Shown here piece after piece: positions 30,401 through 46,819 of a stretch of 64,000 nucleotides of DNA. Both the position numbers and the translations under genes were made by a program. The stretch is from the human T2T-CHM13v2.0 reference genome, Homo sapiens: the NCBI RefSeq assembly GCF_009914755.1, contig NC_060930.1; one strand, given 5' to 3'. Each line of letters starts with the position of its first letter. Within the stretch, counting starts at the first letter, position 1. Under the pieces are notes generated by a model that saw only the letters and a list, made by a program, of their open reading frames with translations, did not search any database and was not told the DNA's origin.

Positions 30401-31541
30401 AATTAACAAGTAACAAAGCTGGAGGCATCACATTACTTGACTTCAAATTATTCTACAGGGATATAGTAACCAAAACAGCATGGTACTGGTACAAAAATAG
30501 ACACACAGATCAATGGAACAGAAAGAGAATCCAGAAATAAAGCCACATACTACAACCAACTGATCTTTGACAAAATCAACAAAAATATACAATAGGGAAT
30601 GGACACCCTATTCAATAAATGGTGCTGGGAAAATTGGAGTGCCATATGCAGAAGAATATAGCTGGACCCCTATCTCTCACCATAAACAAAATTTTTAACT
30701 CAAGATGGATTAAAGACTTAAATGTATGACCTGAAATGGTAAAAATCATAGAAGAAAACCTAGGGAAAACTCTTCTAGACAATGGCCTAGGCAAATAATT
30801 TATGACTATGACCTCAAAAGCAAATGCAACAAAATCAAAAAGAGACAAATGGGACTTAATTAAATTAAAAACCTTCTGCACTGCAAAAGAAATAGTCAAC
30901 AGAGTAAACAAACAACCTACAGAATGAGAGAAAATATTTGCAAACTATGTGTCCAACAAAGGACGGATATCCAGAATCTATAAGAAAGTCAAACAGCTCA
31001 ACAAGAAAAAAAATTAAAAAGTGGGCAAAAGACACAAACAGACATTTTTCTAAAGAAGATATACAAGCAGCCAATAAACACAAAAAAATGCTCAACATTA
31101 CTAATCATCAGAGAAATGCAAACTAAAACCACAATGAGATATGATCTCAACACCAATCAGAATGGCTATTGTTAAGATGTCAAAAAATAACAGATGTTGG
31201 TGAGCATGTGGAGAATAGGGAAAGCTTATACACTGTTGGTAGGAATATAAATTAGTACATCCTCCATGGAAAACTGTATGACAATTTCTCAAAGAACTAA
31301 GAATAAAACTAACATTCAACCCAGCAAACCCACTACTGAGTACTTATCCAAAGAAAAAAAAAGTTATATCAAAAAGATACCTGCCAAAAAGAAAAATTGT
31401 ACAGGATCTGGATTTTATACCAAAAAAAAAAAAAAGACACCTGCATTCATATGTTTATCGCAGCACTATTCACAATAGCAAAGTCATGGAATCAACCTAA
31501 ATATCCATCAACAGATGATTGGATTAAAAATATGTGGTATA

Positions 31542-31869
31542 GGCCGGGCACGGTGACTCATGCCTGTAATCCTAGCACTTTGGGAGGCCGAGGCAGGCGA
31601 ATCACAAGGTCAGGAGTTTGAGACCAGCCTGGCCAACATGGTGCAACCCCGTCTCTACTAAAAATACAAAAATTAGCTGGGCATGGTGGCGGGTGCCTGT
31701 AATCCCAGCTACTCAGGAGGCTGAGGCAGGAGAATGGCTTGAACCCAGGAGGCGGAGGTGGAGGTTGCAGTGAGCGGAGATCGTGCCCCTGCACTGCAGA
31801 CTCCAGCTGGGGCAACAGTGTGAGACTCTGTCTAAAAACAAACAAACAAACAAACAAACAAAGAAAAAA
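31542..31869 (+). mobile_element. Alu (AluS-like) inside L1
   Basis: (AAAC)n tail; TSD GTGGTATA. Confidence 0.95.
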
Positions 31870-32507
31870 GTGGTATATACACACCATGGAATACTATGCA
31901 CCCATAAAAAAGAATGAAATTATGTCTTTTGTGGCAATGTGGATGAAGCCAGAGGCCATTACCCTAAGTGAAATAACTCAGAAACAGAAAATCAGCTACC
32001 ACATGTTTTCACTTTTAAGTGGGAGCTAAACAATGGGTATACACGGAGGTGCAGAGACAAATAATAGACACTGGGGACAGCAAAACAGGGGAGGATAGGA
32101 GAGGGGGAGGGTCGAACAATTACCTATTGGGTACAATGCTCACTGTTTAGGTGATGGGTACACTAGAAGCCCAGACCTCATCATTACATAATATACCCAT
32201 GTAACAAACTTGCACATGTACCCCTTGAATATATAAAAATTAAAAATAAATAAAAATAAATAAATTGCAAAGAAAAAAAGACTAAAGACAAAAGGGACTC
32301 TACATGAGCAGTATACTCTGGTTGATGTCGTTTCTCACAGGGGTACAAGTTAACAATTCTGATACTATTGTACATGTATGCTGCAATTGAACAAGTAAGT
32401 AAACATACCCTACATTGGTGGGAATATGTCAAAAGGACACAGGAGCCAACTGAAAGAGCTCCCAATGGTGAGAGGTGGAACAATTTGAGCAATAAAATAA
32501 AATAGTT

Positions 32508-32806
32508 CAAGTTGAATATCCCTAATCTGAAATGCTCCAAGTCCGAAACTTTATGAGTGCTGACATGATGCCACAAGTAGAAACTTCCACACCTAAGTAC
32601 TTGACACAACGTTGTCTCATGCACAAAATTATTTTTAAATATTGTGTAAAATTGCCTTCCGGCTATGTGTATAAGGTGTATATGAAACACAAATGAATTT
32701 TGTGTTAGACTTGGGCCCCATCTCCAAGATATCTCATTATGTATATGCAAATATTCCAAAATCCAAAATCTAAAATACTTCTGGTCCCAAGCAGAATACT
32801 CAACCC
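32508..32806. mobile_element. Tigger4/MER46-type DNA transposon
   Basis: TIR-like ends CAAGTTGAATATCCC...ATACTCAACC; internal GTATATGCAAATATTCCAAAATCC. Confidence 0.8.
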
Positions 32807-34113
32807 ACACTGAATTATACCATAAATTATAAACATTCAGGAGTTCATACTGATATAAATGATTGAATATACAAATGGGGGAGGAGAAAAATCTCCCTTG
32901 CAGAAGAATTCCAAATAATTTATGTAGATGCTCTGTCCTCAAGAAGGTGGAATACAGCTCCCCATTCTTTAAGCATGGAATATTTATAGTGGCCTCCTTC
33001 CAAAGAGTACAGTATGGAAAGGAGGGGGAAAAGAAGAGTAGCTTTATGGTGGAGAAATCTGACAAACACCACCTCAGCCAGGTGATCAAGGTCAATGTCA
33101 ACAATGGTAGAGCATGTTAATAGTAGGTACCCTTGATATAATGTGATGAAAATGGCACTTTACCTTTGTGATATCCCTCATAAAAACCCGTAACTCCAGT
33201 CTAATAATGCACAAAACATCAAATAAATCCCAAGAGAGGAATAGCCCACAAAATATTTGAGTCATATTCATCAAAACTGTCAAGGTCATCAAAAATAGGA
33301 AAAATCTGAGAAACTCACAGTTAAGAGGAACCTAAGGAGGCAAGAAAATCAGATGTAATGTGGCATCTTGGACGGGATCCTGTAACAGAAAAAAAATATT
33401 TCATAGAACAAAGGAAACCTGAGTAAATAGTGGGCTTTAATTAATAAGAACATATAAACTGGTATATTAATAGTAATACATGTATTATACTAATGTAAGA
33501 TGTTAATAACAGGGGAAATGGTGTGTGGTATATGGGAACTCTGCACTATCTTCTTGGTTTTGTAAAATCTTTTAAAAAAATAACTGCTCAGAATATTTCC
33601 CTCTTTCACTCTTTTATTTGAAAATAACCTTTAATATTTTCTCTGAGTTTTTCTTCTGTTAAAATTTTGTTTTGTCAGGTCCCAATCTGATAAAATTGGG
33701 AGTTATTTGGGGCACAGAATAAACCTATACCATAACTTTAGGGAGGGGCGCAATCAGGCATTCTGTATTACTGATTAATAGGAGACCCAGCTGTTCCAGC
33801 AACCAGGCATAGCAGAAACGATATGAAAGAGTAAGGCTTTGTAGGCTTAGCCAAAACTTTTCCCAAACAGATCTACACCACAAGACAACCATTGAATTTT
33901 GAGGTCAGGAGTTTCTATATAAACTGCTTCCACTATTCAAAAAAGTTCATATTGTTCATGTAGAATGCTTAAGTTTGAGAAGTACAGTTACCCTAAGGAT
34001 CTTAATAAAGTTCCCCTCTTTAATCGAAATGTTAATCCGATGGGTGGAGTTGTTTAAAATTATCCAACTGAGAATTGTGGTTTTCAAACTGTGATCTGAA
34101 AGTGTTCAAATAC

Positions 34114-34530
34114 TATTATGAGTTGAACTGTGTCCCCTCCCAAATTCATATATTGAAGTCCTAACCCCCAGTACCTCAGAATGTAACCTTATTTGGAGAT
34201 AGCCTTTAAAGATGTAATCAAGTTAAAATGAAGTCAATTAGAGTGGGCTCTAATCCAATGTGACTGGTGTCTTTATAAAATGGTGATAGTTGGATTCAGG
34301 GATACATAGAGGAAAGACAAGGTAAGGAGACACAGGAGAGAAGGTGGCCATGCACAAGCCAAGGAGACAAGCCTGGAACAGATACTTCCCTCACAGCCTG
34401 CAGAAGAAACCAGCCCTGCTGACACCTTGATCTCAGGCTTCTACCCCCAGAACTGTAAGACAACACATTTGCTGTGTAAACCCCCTGCAGTCTGTGCTAC
34501 TTTGTTATGGCACCCTAGCACGCTAACACA
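34114..34530 (+). mobile_element. MLT1 (MLT1B/C-like) LTR
   Basis: TTATGAGTTGAACTGTGTCCCCTCCCAAATTCATATATTGAAGTCCTAACCCCCAGTACCTCAGAATG...TTTGTTATGGCACCCTAGCACGCTAACACA. Confidence 0.88.
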
Positions 34531-34758
34531 AATACATTTTAGGCACTTTCTGGAAGAAGGATACAAGTGGAAGCCCAGTTCTCTTTGTTTGTACACTGGA
34601 TTTCTGAATAAGATTTCTTTATATAAAGAGCTCCAAACTAATGTTTGAAAAACATTGTTGTTCAAAAATGATTTTGAAGTAATTAATTTTGAATTATTTC
34701 TAATGAACAGGTCCAATTGCTTCTTGAGGCCAGGGCATTCCCCACCCGCCCCCACACC

Positions 34759-35081
34759 CTTTTTTTTTTTTTTTTTTTTTAAAGAGACAGGGTCTTTGTT
34801 GCCCAGGCTGGAGTGCAGTAGCACTATCTAGCTCATTGCAGCCTTGAACTCCTGGCTTCAAGTGACCCTCCTACCTCAGCTTCCTGAGTAGCTGAGAAAC
34901 TAGGACTACAGGCACGTGTCACCATGCCAGGCTAATTTTTTTTTTTTTCTAATTTTGTTTCTTTGTAGAGATAGGGTTTGCTATGTTGCCCAGACTGATC
35001 TCAAACTCATAGCCTAAGTGATCCTCCCACCTTGGCCTCCCAAAGTGCTGAGATTAGTGGCGTGAGACATTGCACACAGCC
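34759..35081 (-). mobile_element. AluJ-like
   Basis: Reverse dimer. Confidence 0.93.
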
Positions 35082-35440
35082 TGAAGCCATTCCTTGATAG
35101 TAAATTTCTGTCATTGTCTCAACCTAGATGCTTCCAAAAAACAGAGCTTGAACTAAAGACTTGTGCTCAGGCAGTTTATTTAGGAGGTGATTCCAGGGAG
35201 TTTCAGGTGCTTCTCCAGTGCTATGCATTCATTATTCTCCTTTTGAATAAACCATTGCCATCTGTGATGTATTGTTTTTGCTCAATGTTTTTCTTCTTAG
35301 ATATTAAACAGTTAGATTTCAAAACAGCATGTATCTAAAGAGTTAAAATTCCACACTAATAAAATTCTGAGAGGAAGCCAAACTAATTTGCAATATATAC
35401 CATACATATGCTCAAAATTATTCTGGTCTATAAAGCAGAT

Positions 35441-35850
35441 TGTATCAGTTAGGGTTCTCTGGAGAAACAGAACCAATCGGATATATACTGTATATATTAG
35501 ATGATCTCTTTATGGAATAAATAAAGGCATTGCCTCACACAATTGTGGCAGCTGGCTAGTCTGAAATTTGTGGGGCAGGCCAGCAGGCCGGAAACTCAGG
35601 CAGGAGTTGATGTTGCAGTCTTGAGGCAGAATTTCTTCTCAAGAAACCTGTTTTTGCTCTTAAGTCCTTCACTGATTAGATGAGGACCCCCTACCTATTG
35701 AGAGTCATCTCTCTGATGTAAAGTCAACTGATTGTACATGTGAACCACATCTACAAAATACCTTCATGGCAATATCTAGATTACTGTTTGATTAAATACC
35801 TGGGTACTGCTATATCTTAGCCAAGTTAATACTTAAAGCTGGCCATCACG
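35441..35850 (-). mobile_element. MLT2-family solo LTR
   Basis: TGTATCAGTTAGGGTTCTCTGGAGAAACAGAACCAAT...AAAGTCAACTGATTG...CCACATCTACAAAATACCTTCA...CCATCAC. Confidence 0.85.
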
Positions 35851-36399
35851 CTGGTCAAGAACTAAAAACCTAGAGGCATTCATCTCCTTCCTTGTGTCAC
35901 TCTGGGAAAGTCCAAAAATCTTCTGGTTCAGTTTCTTGTAAGGGGTAGCCACAGTGACACCATCATTTTAACCCAACTAAGTAGCATCATAGAAGAAAAG
36001 AATAAGGAGATAGTGAAACAAGTGTATTCTTGTAGGGAAAAAATGCTACCTTAGATAGAAATAATGTTTGCGACTATGATAGAACAATTTCTTCCTGCAT
36101 CATCCCTGAACAATCCCAATAATGTGTGAAAATACAGCCAAATAATCTTTAGGCCTACAGGTTATCAGCTCTTCAAATACTGGTCCATCCTCTTTGTTTA
36201 CGAGCAAGAGACAAAGAGCAATTAAGCAATATGTAAGTGGCAGACCCAAAAATAGAACCCAGCTGTCCTCAGCCCTAGAATGCTGTTCATAACACCAAGC
36301 TACCTCTGTGGACAATAAAGATGAATATCAGTCGCTAGAGAATGGGTTTCTCTACTTAATGTTCATAATTCCATTTACCCATGAAATGACCATGTGAAG

Positions 36400-36680
36400 C
36401 TTATTTTGTAAAGTAGATATTAGAGAATATTAGAGAATATTTGCTAATTTTGTCAGGTGTGATAAGGCATTGAGGCTGTGTAGACAAATTGTTCTTAACT
36501 TTTAGGGATGTATACAGCATGTATTTTCTTCAAAATACTTTAGCAAAAAAAAAATTAAGCAAATGAGGCAAAATACTAACAATTGTTACACATAAGTGAT
36601 TGATATATGGGTGTTTATCATATTATGTCCTTACTCTTTGTAATGTTTTAAATTTTTCATAATAAAAAGAAAAAAAGAAA
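36400..36680 (+). mobile_element. Old L1ME-type 3' end
   Basis: GCAAATGAGGCAAAATACTAACAATTGTT...TTTAAATTTTTCATAATAAAAA. Confidence 0.6.
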
Positions 36681-36722
36681 CAAGTTCACTTTCTCTCTGT
36701 TCGTAGGCTTGTAGGCAGCTAA

Positions 36723-37144
<422 letters not shown>

Positions 37145-37324
37145 TAGACTAGGAAATCTAATTTCATGGCAGGGGATCCCAAATTGACCCTACCTTGGCA
37201 TGCCCATTTCCTCTTGATACTTGTCCTAATATTTTCAAAAAGAAAAATTATCACAACCTGTTTATATCTCTTAAAAAGGCACAAAATTTTTGTATCCTGT
37301 CCTTCATAGGTCATCAAATTTTAA

Positions 37325-37687
<363 letters not shown>

Positions 37688-38139
37688 TTATTATTATTAT
37701 TTTTTTTGAGATAGGGTCTCACTCTGTTGCTCCCAGCTTTGCTGCTCAGCATGAAGACAAAGTAGGAGCTCTGGAAAGAGGAAATAGGAGGTAAGAACCT
37801 CTTACAGCCTAAACTAGGATCCTGCTCAACCCAGCCACCTCCTCTCTCATGCCTCTGTACTACTCAGACCAATTGTGAAAACCATTGATTTGTCTGCCTA
37901 CCATCCAATTTCCCAATCTGCAAAGTCAGTTTTGCCTCAAGTGATCCTCCCACCTCAGCCTGAGGAGTAGCTGAGACCACAGTCACTCACAACCACACCC
38001 AGCTAATTTTTATATTTTTTGTAGAGATGAGGTCTCCTTATGTTGCCCAGGCTGGTGTCAAACTCTTGGGCTCAAGTGATTCTCTCCCCTCGGCCTCCCA
38101 AAGTGCTGGGATTACAGGCGTGAGCCAGCATGCCAGGCT
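37688..38139 (-). mobile_element. AluJ-like with a ~200-bp non-Alu replacement insert
   Basis: Alu sequence stops at CTCTGTTGC (37730) and resumes at CTCAAGTGATCCTCCCACC (~37936). Confidence 0.85.
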
Positions 38140-38319
38140 AATCTCCCAGCATTTTTATTCAGCCTGAAACTATACAACATACAATGAAGCTTTTATTATT
38201 AGTAGTACTTTGTGTGTAAAAAGATTTGATGGAGAGGACCATGCTATAAAATGTTAGTTATCACCCTCATTATTAAGCATTAATTAAGTACCCACTGTGT
38301 ATCTATGTTAAGAACTGGA

Positions 38320-38591
<272 letters not shown>

Positions 38592-39094
38592 GCTAGATTG
38601 ATTAACATGAGAAAATCTAGGCTTTGGACTCTAAGTTACTCAAATAAGCTACCTAAGGGTTCAAATGAACCAAATAATTACAAATCTCTGCTTCATTGAC
38701 TGTTATTTGGTTATAGCCATCTCTGTGTTCCAAAGTCCCACAGGCAGCACTCACATTCCAGAGACATCCACTAACAGTATGGTAAACTGCATATAAACTG
38801 TATAAGCTAATGAATAAAAATTGCATTGCCTGCTAGAGTAAAATTGGAAGCACTCCATTCCTTTGTGATTATCACTTGCTTGACCTTTAAAGAATTTAAA
38901 GATTGTGCTGATGTGGTAAGGGTTGGGAGTGGGAAGACAATGTTCAAACTGAAATTCAGTTTAGTTCACAGCTAAAGCTCAAGATTACTAAAGAATTTTT
39001 TACCTCCTCAAATTAGAATATGTACGCTAATGCTATATAGATATGTAAGTTCCCATTCAGATATTCCACTTTGTGAAAGTTTCACTTAATTTAG

Positions 39095-39200
39095 TCCTTT
39101 GACTGATCAACTCTGTGACTCTAGACTAGTCATTTAATCTCTCTGAGCCTCAGTTTACTTATCAAATAAGAGAGGCAAATGATGTTAAGGCAATCTCAAG
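39095..39200 (+). mobile_element. MIR fragment
   Basis: GTCATTTAATCTCTCTGAGCCTCAGTTT. Confidence 0.65.
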
Positions 39201-40565
39201 ATACAATGTTCTATTGGTATTATAATTTTTAAATTCGGTGATAATTTAAAACATTTTAAATGAATGTTGTTGCTTACACACAGTTTTGATGAAGTTCTCA
39301 ATACTATTTCACGTATTGCTTTTTTCCTTGGTTTTTACATGTGTGGGACTATATTTTTCAGGCTTAGTATTAACTTTTTCTGAGGACATATAAGGTAGCA
39401 GAAAAATAGAAAAGCAGTGAAGCAGATGGCATACATAACAAAGGCCCCAGCGGACACATAGCAGATGTAGGCACAGGGATTTACATAGGAGCAAGGAGAG
39501 GTCCTGGAGGGGAGGCGGCCCTCTAGAGGACTGGAACTTGAGAAGCCCAGGGGCTTGCTGGGGTAATAATGGCTTCCCAGGGGCAGGGACTTGACATTTG
39601 GTTCAAAGACAAAGGGCTGGGTAGAGGAGAGAGATGATTTTGAGCACGCCAGGAAGTCTGACATGGACTCCCTTCCCAAGGCCAACCGCCTTCCATTTCT
39701 CCTGTTTCGAGCAAAGGGGCTGCAGTGGAACCAGCAGGAACTAAAAGATGTTGTTTTGTTTTAAAAATTATAGTAAGTTAAGAGGCATCAATATCCCCAG
39801 AGGCAATATCAACAACTCTACAGGCAGCATTAGGGACTTGTCATTGATGGGAGAAAGGCCAGCAATGTGCTCTAATGGTGGCATCAGGGGCCTTGCACAG
39901 CTAGGCTGTGCACACAGACTAGAAGTGCTCAGCATGGGGACTTTGGCAGGCAGCCGTGGGATATGTCACCAGAGTGCATCAGAGGAAAAGGGTCAACACC
40001 CCAGGATTGCCACAGGACTAGTTCTAGGAACAACATGCAACTCTCCCTAGGGCTTTCAGAAGCATAGGGCCTGGAGCTCTCATAAAGTAATGCTAACTTT
40101 GACTGTTATTGTGATGAACTTCTTACTACCTGTTTGGAAAAGATGAGTTATGTTTTTCTGACCCTAGACTTAGCCTTCTGCTCATTTCCACATTTTGTAG
40201 TTCTGCCTTACTTCTTTTCTTCAGAAGAATCCTTTCCCACTCAGAGGAGCTAATATTGGTTCTTGAATGGACATTACTTTCCTATTGCACTGGACCTCTT
40301 GCCAGCCCCCAGCTGCGATTCCCTTTCCCTGTTGTGTATGAATGTTGAGGCTGTGGGGATGGTGTCTTTTATTCTGATATGAATATCCTGCAAAGGTCAT
40401 AGTCAGGCCCCAGTCTTGTGAATACACCTCTCAGCTGAAGAGGGAGGTCATTTGGGGAGTCAGTCATGTGAGTAAGTTGTGAGAGATCAGACAGGGAACC
40501 AGAACTCTAGCCAGAATCTAAAGGGGCATACCTTCAAAAGATCTTTCCCTGGGTTCCCTGAATAA

Positions 40566-41093
<528 letters not shown>

Positions 41094-41134
41094 TGATTTC
41101 TTACTTTTGGCCCCTGGAAGTGAAGAATCTGAAC

Positions 41135-41285
41135 TTTATTTATTAATATTAAAAAAATGGTTTTTTGTAGGGACAAGGTCTCCCTGTGTTGCCCAGGCAG
41201 ATCTCGAACTCCTAGGCTCAAGCGATCCTCACACTTCGGCCTCCCAAAGTGCTGGGACTACAGGCATGAGCCACCGCATCTGGCC
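41135..41285 (-). mobile_element. FLAM / Alu left monomer
   Basis: TSD TGAACTTTATTTA. Confidence 0.88.
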
Positions 41286-41665
41286 TGAACTTTATTTAAA
41301 TAAGAATGACATTATTTTTCCTATCAGCCCTTTATATTTTGGAAAAAAAAAAGTAAGTTAAGGTTAATTTTCCAGAACTATTTAAATTTTAACATTATTG
41401 CTAACTATGATACAATTTGTCCACTGTAAGGGGGAGTTTCAAACATTCAAAAATCATATGTGGGAGATATTGAACAGAGGTAGCTAGAAATCCTGCTAAA
41501 GTGAAAATCTCTTGATGTCAGGGCTACTTTCTGACTCATGATACCCTGGCTTCTATTTTGTTTCTGCAAATCTGCCCTGGCCTCTCACTCTCACCCCAAC
41601 TCCACTCTTGTATCATTAATGTCCTCTAATATCCTTAAACCAACATAGAATTGTCAGATAACTCA

Positions 41666-42008
<343 letters not shown>

Positions 42009-42026
42009 AAACTTTATCTACCTTAG

Positions 42027-42437
42027 TGTCTCAGTTTGTTTGTGCTTCTATAAGAAAATGCCTGAGATGGGGTAATTTATAAACAATAGAAATTTATTTT
42101 CACATAGTTCTAGAGGCTGGGAAGTCCAAGATCAAGGCACTGGCAGGTTTGGAGGCTGGTGAAGGCATATTCCTCAGAGATGATGCCATCGAGGTATCCT
42201 TACATGGCAGAAGGAACAGAAGGGCAAAGAGGGGACAAATGCTGTGTACTCACATGGTGGAAGAGCAGTAGAGAGCAAACCCATTTCCTCAAGCCCCTTT
42301 ATAAGGGCCCTCATCCCATCCGTGAGGGCTCTGTCCTCATGACATAGTAACCTCCTAAAGGCCCCCACCTCTTAATGCCATCACATTGGCAATTAAGTTT
42401 CAACATATGAATTTTGAGGAACACAGTCAGAACACAG
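42027..42437 (-). mobile_element. MST/MLT1A-family MaLR LTR
   Basis: GGGTAATTTATAAACAATAGAAATTTATTT..AGTTCTAGAGGCTGGGAAGTCCAAGATCAAGG..AAGTTTCAACATATGAATTTTG. Confidence 0.87.
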
Positions 42438-42629
42438 TACTTAGCATCCAAGGTACTCATTCGCTCCTAGAGGTTGGAGGCAATCTCTGTCTGATTGCCA
42501 TCTGTTTGGTCATTCAAAGTGGTTTATGGACACCCTTATTCCTTTCCATTTGTCCTACAGAATGTATGGCTAGAAATTTATGAAAGTGTAGGAGACAGGA
42601 TATGTCAGAAGGCAAAGACAGATGACATT

Positions 42630-43398
<769 letters not shown>

Positions 43399-43849
43399 TT
43401 ATTAAAGCTTGGAGATGGATTTACAGGGAGTTATTATACTCTATTTTTGTGTATAGTGGAAATTTTTCTTTATAAAAGTTATGAAAAAGAAAGATTTCAT
43501 GTGCTATATAATGCAGCATATTAAGTTTTGATACTTTGCATTGAATACTAATTTGTGTTCATTTTTCTTTTTATCTCAATATAACATGAGTGGATTTTCA
43601 GAGTTTGTTACCAAAGGGATGATGGAGTCCCAACAAACCATTCAAAGTACTAAGCTTTTCCTCATACACTCTGAGAATACCCAAAAAATTTCTCCTAAAG
43701 AGCAAGCTTGTATCTGTAGTGAATAAAGCAAAGAAAAATGAGACCGTCATCGGGTGACAGAGAGAGTGGGGTACACAATTCAGTTGATTAAGTGTATATT
43801 CAGAGCTGAATCATGCACTTTGGCTGTCTCAAAACAAAAAGTGCTTTGG

Positions 43850-44157
43850 GGCTGGGTGTGGTGGCTCATGCCTGTAATCCCAGCATTTTGGGAGGCTGAG
43901 GCAAGAGGATTGCTTGAGCCCAGGAGTTCAAGACCAGCCTGGGCAACATAATGAAACCCTGTCTCTGCAAAAATTAGTTGGGCTTGGTGACACACACCTG
44001 AAGTCCCAGCTACTTGGGAGGCTGAAGTGGGAGGATCTCTTGAGCCTGAGAGGCAGGGGTTGCAGTGAGCTGAGCAGAGATTGAGCCACTGCACTCCAGC
44101 CTGGGTGACAGACTGGGACTGTATCCAAAAAAAGAAAAAGAAAAAGAAAAAGAAAAA
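43850..44157 (+). mobile_element. AluJ-like
   Basis: TSD TGCTTTG. Confidence 0.93.
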
Positions 44158-44785
44158 TGCTTTGATAATTGTACACTCTTCTCTCTGCTTTGTACTGTTT
44201 AGACTCAGTCCAAAATGGAAAAAAGAAATCAGGAAATCACCTTTTAAATTAGCCGGAACCACCATGGGTGTTTTCAGGACAGTGGTTAAAATACTAGGAT
44301 GAGCTGATGTGTCACGATGCTCTGATGAACAGGAAAGACTGAAAAGGATGCCAGCTAATGAGGGTTCAGGAAAGCCTTAAAGATAAGACAGAGTGGGCTG
44401 GGGAGAGTGCCCTGGGCCAAAGTCGGGTCGCCATAGCTCTGCCTCTGGCTCTGATTCATTTGCCAGTGTTCTCTTTGTTGACCTGGTATTTCTCATCTCA
44501 AGCCTAAGTCATGTACTCTGCATGTCTTGCCCTCTTTCCAGCCCCACTCATGTTTTGCACTTACATGAGAGAGACACAAGCACAGCATACAGTTGTCCTT
44601 CCTATAATACTCAGACACAACCTCCAACAGCATCCTTGAATCACACCCATCAGCAAGGGCTGTTCTCAGTTGCCAAGGAGTGGCTGTGGTTCACACCAGA
44701 GATTACAGAAAAACCAGCCCAAAACCTCCCTGCTTCTAGCCTAGGTTATAAACTCAAACTCTGAATCTTAGAAAATAGTCAACAA

Positions 44786-45560
<775 letters not shown>

Positions 45561-45676
45561 AGAGGCTTTAGAAGGAGCTCAGCCACACTAATGCCACCTT
45601 TGCTCTTCCTTGATTAACCCAAAGTGCTCACTCCAGGTAGACAGTGATACGCTCACCAGTGAGATCTTATCTCTGA

Positions 45677-46171
<495 letters not shown>

Positions 46172-46819
46172 TAACAGATAAATACCAGAGAGGATTGGGG
46201 CTTGTATTCTAGCCATTATAGATTGGAGTTTTGTCTTAGTTGCCATCACCTGTAGAAGACTGAGAGGTCAAGATGGGAGGTAGAGGTTTGTTTGGAAAAA
46301 AGAGAAGAAAGATTCTGGATGCTCTCTAGGGCAGGCAGACAGTAGTTGCAATGTCCAACAGAAACCTCGATCTGCCCTCTGTAATCACAGAACTTCCAGA
46401 CTTACACTGGAGAGAAATTGAAAATTAGGTGTCCTTGCCTGACCCCTGACACTGGCCAGGCCACAAGGATTAAGGAAACAAGCTTGATCAAGGCATAAAA
46501 GGTCAGTCTCTCTGAGCCTCATTCCTCCCAGCTTTCTCCACCTGAATTCCATCTGCTATATAGCCTCTCCTGTTCTCTGTCTTCCAATTTTCCTTTTCGT
46601 TATTTATCCTTTCCTTCCCCTCTACTCCCTCTTTCTTCCCCACTCTTTCTTGTACAGAAGTTTAAGCATGCGATTCCCTCAAACCTTATATTCTTAAACT
46701 TTCGTTTTCTTCCACCAGGGGTCGGCTTTGTTTCTTTTTTCCGAGACTGATGCGGCTCCCCTACTGCCAGAGATCTTAGTCCAGAAACAGCCTTTTTTGG
46801 GAGGTGTGGGAGATGCCGT

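Noticed and set aside
39300-40100. Possible ancient LTR or unique element
   Set aside because: I could not assign a family or boundaries by eye
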